Positions 62,640-64,000 of a DNA stretch of 64,000 nt are shown piece by piece. The stretch spans positions 10,480,001 through 10,544,000 of the forward strand of contig NC_086101.1 in assembly GCF_963921235.1 (NCBI RefSeq). The letters run 5' to 3'. The notes beneath the pieces were generated by a model. The model saw only the letters and a program-made list of their open reading frames with translations. It did no database searches and was not told where the DNA came from. Each line of letters begins with the position of its first letter. Position 1 is the stretch's first letter. Both the position numbers and the translations under genes were made by a program. Source of the DNA: Mobula hypostoma (taxonomy: Eukaryota).

Positions 62640-63058
62640 TGAAGCGGGAGAATGACAAGGGTTCCTTTAGCTGTAAAGATAACTACATGATGGAAAATGA
62701 CATCTTATATCTGGCGGATACCCCTGACAACCAATTGGTAGGACCCACCTGTTCCAGTCCCCTTATTTTACGTCTTGCTCAGACCATCCCCTGAGCTGGT
62801 CGTTTGGGTCAGAAAACCTACCTGAGAGTAAACCACAGATTATATTGGCCATCTATGTATGCTGATGCCCAGCAATATTGTACTTTCTACCATGAGTGCC
62901 AAAAGACCTGCCACATCCGACACATGGACAGAGTCTCACTACAGCCTTTGCCCATCCACCCCATTCAAACGTATTGCTATGGACATTGTAGGCCCTCTAG
63001 AGAAAAGCAGCTCTGGTTTACGTTATATTTTGGTCATTTCTGACTATGCTACCCAGTT
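62640..63058 (+). mobile_element. Gypsy (Gmr1-like) integrase fragment, cut by CR1
   Basis: LGQKTYLRV..RLYWPSMYADAQQYC..CQK and PFKRIAMDIVGPLEKSSSGLRYILVISDYAT. Confidence 0.75.
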
Positions 63059-63059
63059 C

Positions 63060-63972
63060 CACAAGATCACAAGACAAAGAAGCAGATGTAGGCCATTCGG
63101 CCCATAGAGTCTGCTCTGCCACTCCACCATGAGCTAAACTATTCTCCCATCTAGTTCCAATTTAAGGCTTTTCCCCATATCCTTTGATACCCCGACTAAT
63201 TAGATACCTATCAATCTCCTCCTTAAACACCCTCAATGATCGGGCCTCCACAGCTGTACGTGGCAACGAATTCCATAATTCCACGACCCTCTGGCTAAAA
63301 AAATTTCTCCTCATCTCTGTTTTAAATGGGTACCCTCTAATTCTAAAACTGTGGCCTCTTGTCTTGGACTCACCCACCAAGAGAGACAGCCCTTCCACAT
63401 GTACTCTATCCAACCCTTTCAACATTCGAAATGTTTCTATGAGATCCCCTCTCATTCTTCTATACTCTAGTGAATACAGTCCAAGAGCCGACAGATGCTC
63501 CTCATATGTTAGCCCCTGCATTCCAGGAGTCATCCTCGTAAATCTTCTCTGAACTCTCTCCAACATCAGTATATCCTTTCTAAGATAGGGGGCCCAAAAC
63601 TGCACACAGTATTCCAAATGAGGTCTCACCAGTGCCCCATAGAGCCTCATCAACACCTCCTTACTCTTATACACTATTCCTCTTGAAATGAATGCCAACA
63701 TAGCATTCGCTTTCCTTACTGCCGATCCAACCTGGTGGTTAACCTTTAGGGTATCCTGCACGAGGACCCCCAAGTCCCTTTGCACTTCCGATTTTTGAAT
63801 TTTCTCCCCATCTAAATAATAATCTGCCCGACTATTTCTTCTTCCACAATGTACAACCCTACATTTCTCAACATTGTATCTCATCTGCCATTTCTTTGCC
63901 CACTCTCCTAAACTGACCAAGTCTCTCTGCAACCTTTCCGTTTCTTCAACACTTCCTGCTCCTCCACCTATT
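63060..63972 (-). mobile_element. Relatively young CR1 3' end with uninterrupted 256-aa ORF2 C-terminus
   Basis: QRDLVSLGEWAKKWQM...LVRPHLEYCVQFWAP...RRNFFSQRVVELWNSLP, with a (CACAAGAT)-type tail at 63060. Confidence 0.92.
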
Positions 63973-64000
63973 GAAGTTGAAATATCCTTATTGTCACTGC

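Noticed and set aside
63184..63552. Plus-strand 122-aa ORF and similar antisense ORFs over CR1/RTE copies
   Set aside because: Shadow frames opposite LINE ORF2 sequence.

Overview
Repeat-dominated vertebrate genomic DNA. The repeat repertoire (CR1, Penelope-like, RTE, L1/Tx1, Gypsy, ERV) looks cartilaginous-fish-like, probably a ray; this is an inference. Bases 1-29.4 kb are C/T-rich satellite: a 13-14-nt CCAACCCCTCTCT-type array with a ~2.67-kb higher-order duplication, then ~22 kb of a 14-nt CACCTCTCCCCCC(A/T) minisatellite. The many Gly/Glu/Arg ORFs called there are artefacts. The only host gene evidence is the 3' end of a + strand B30.2 (PRY-SPRY) gene: a 27-nt butyrophilin-type microexon (31685-31711) and an intact terminal exon (41755-42287), separated by a 10-kb intron full of CR1 and L1. 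The main finding is a complete proviral element at 47816-53454 (- strand). It has two ~97% identical TG..CA LTRs, a 5-bp TSD, a tRNA-Leu PBS and gag. Its pol ORF joins protease in frame to an intact HHCC/DD35E integrase, with RT and RNase H missing and no env. This element sits in a four-level nest: inverted-repeat element < Tx1-like LINE < provirus < CR1. Also present are a Penelope minimal hammerhead ribozyme, a second decayed env-bearing ERV, chromoviral and Gmr1-like Gypsy fragments, and many LINE/SINE pieces. Family names come from motif recognition, not database searches.
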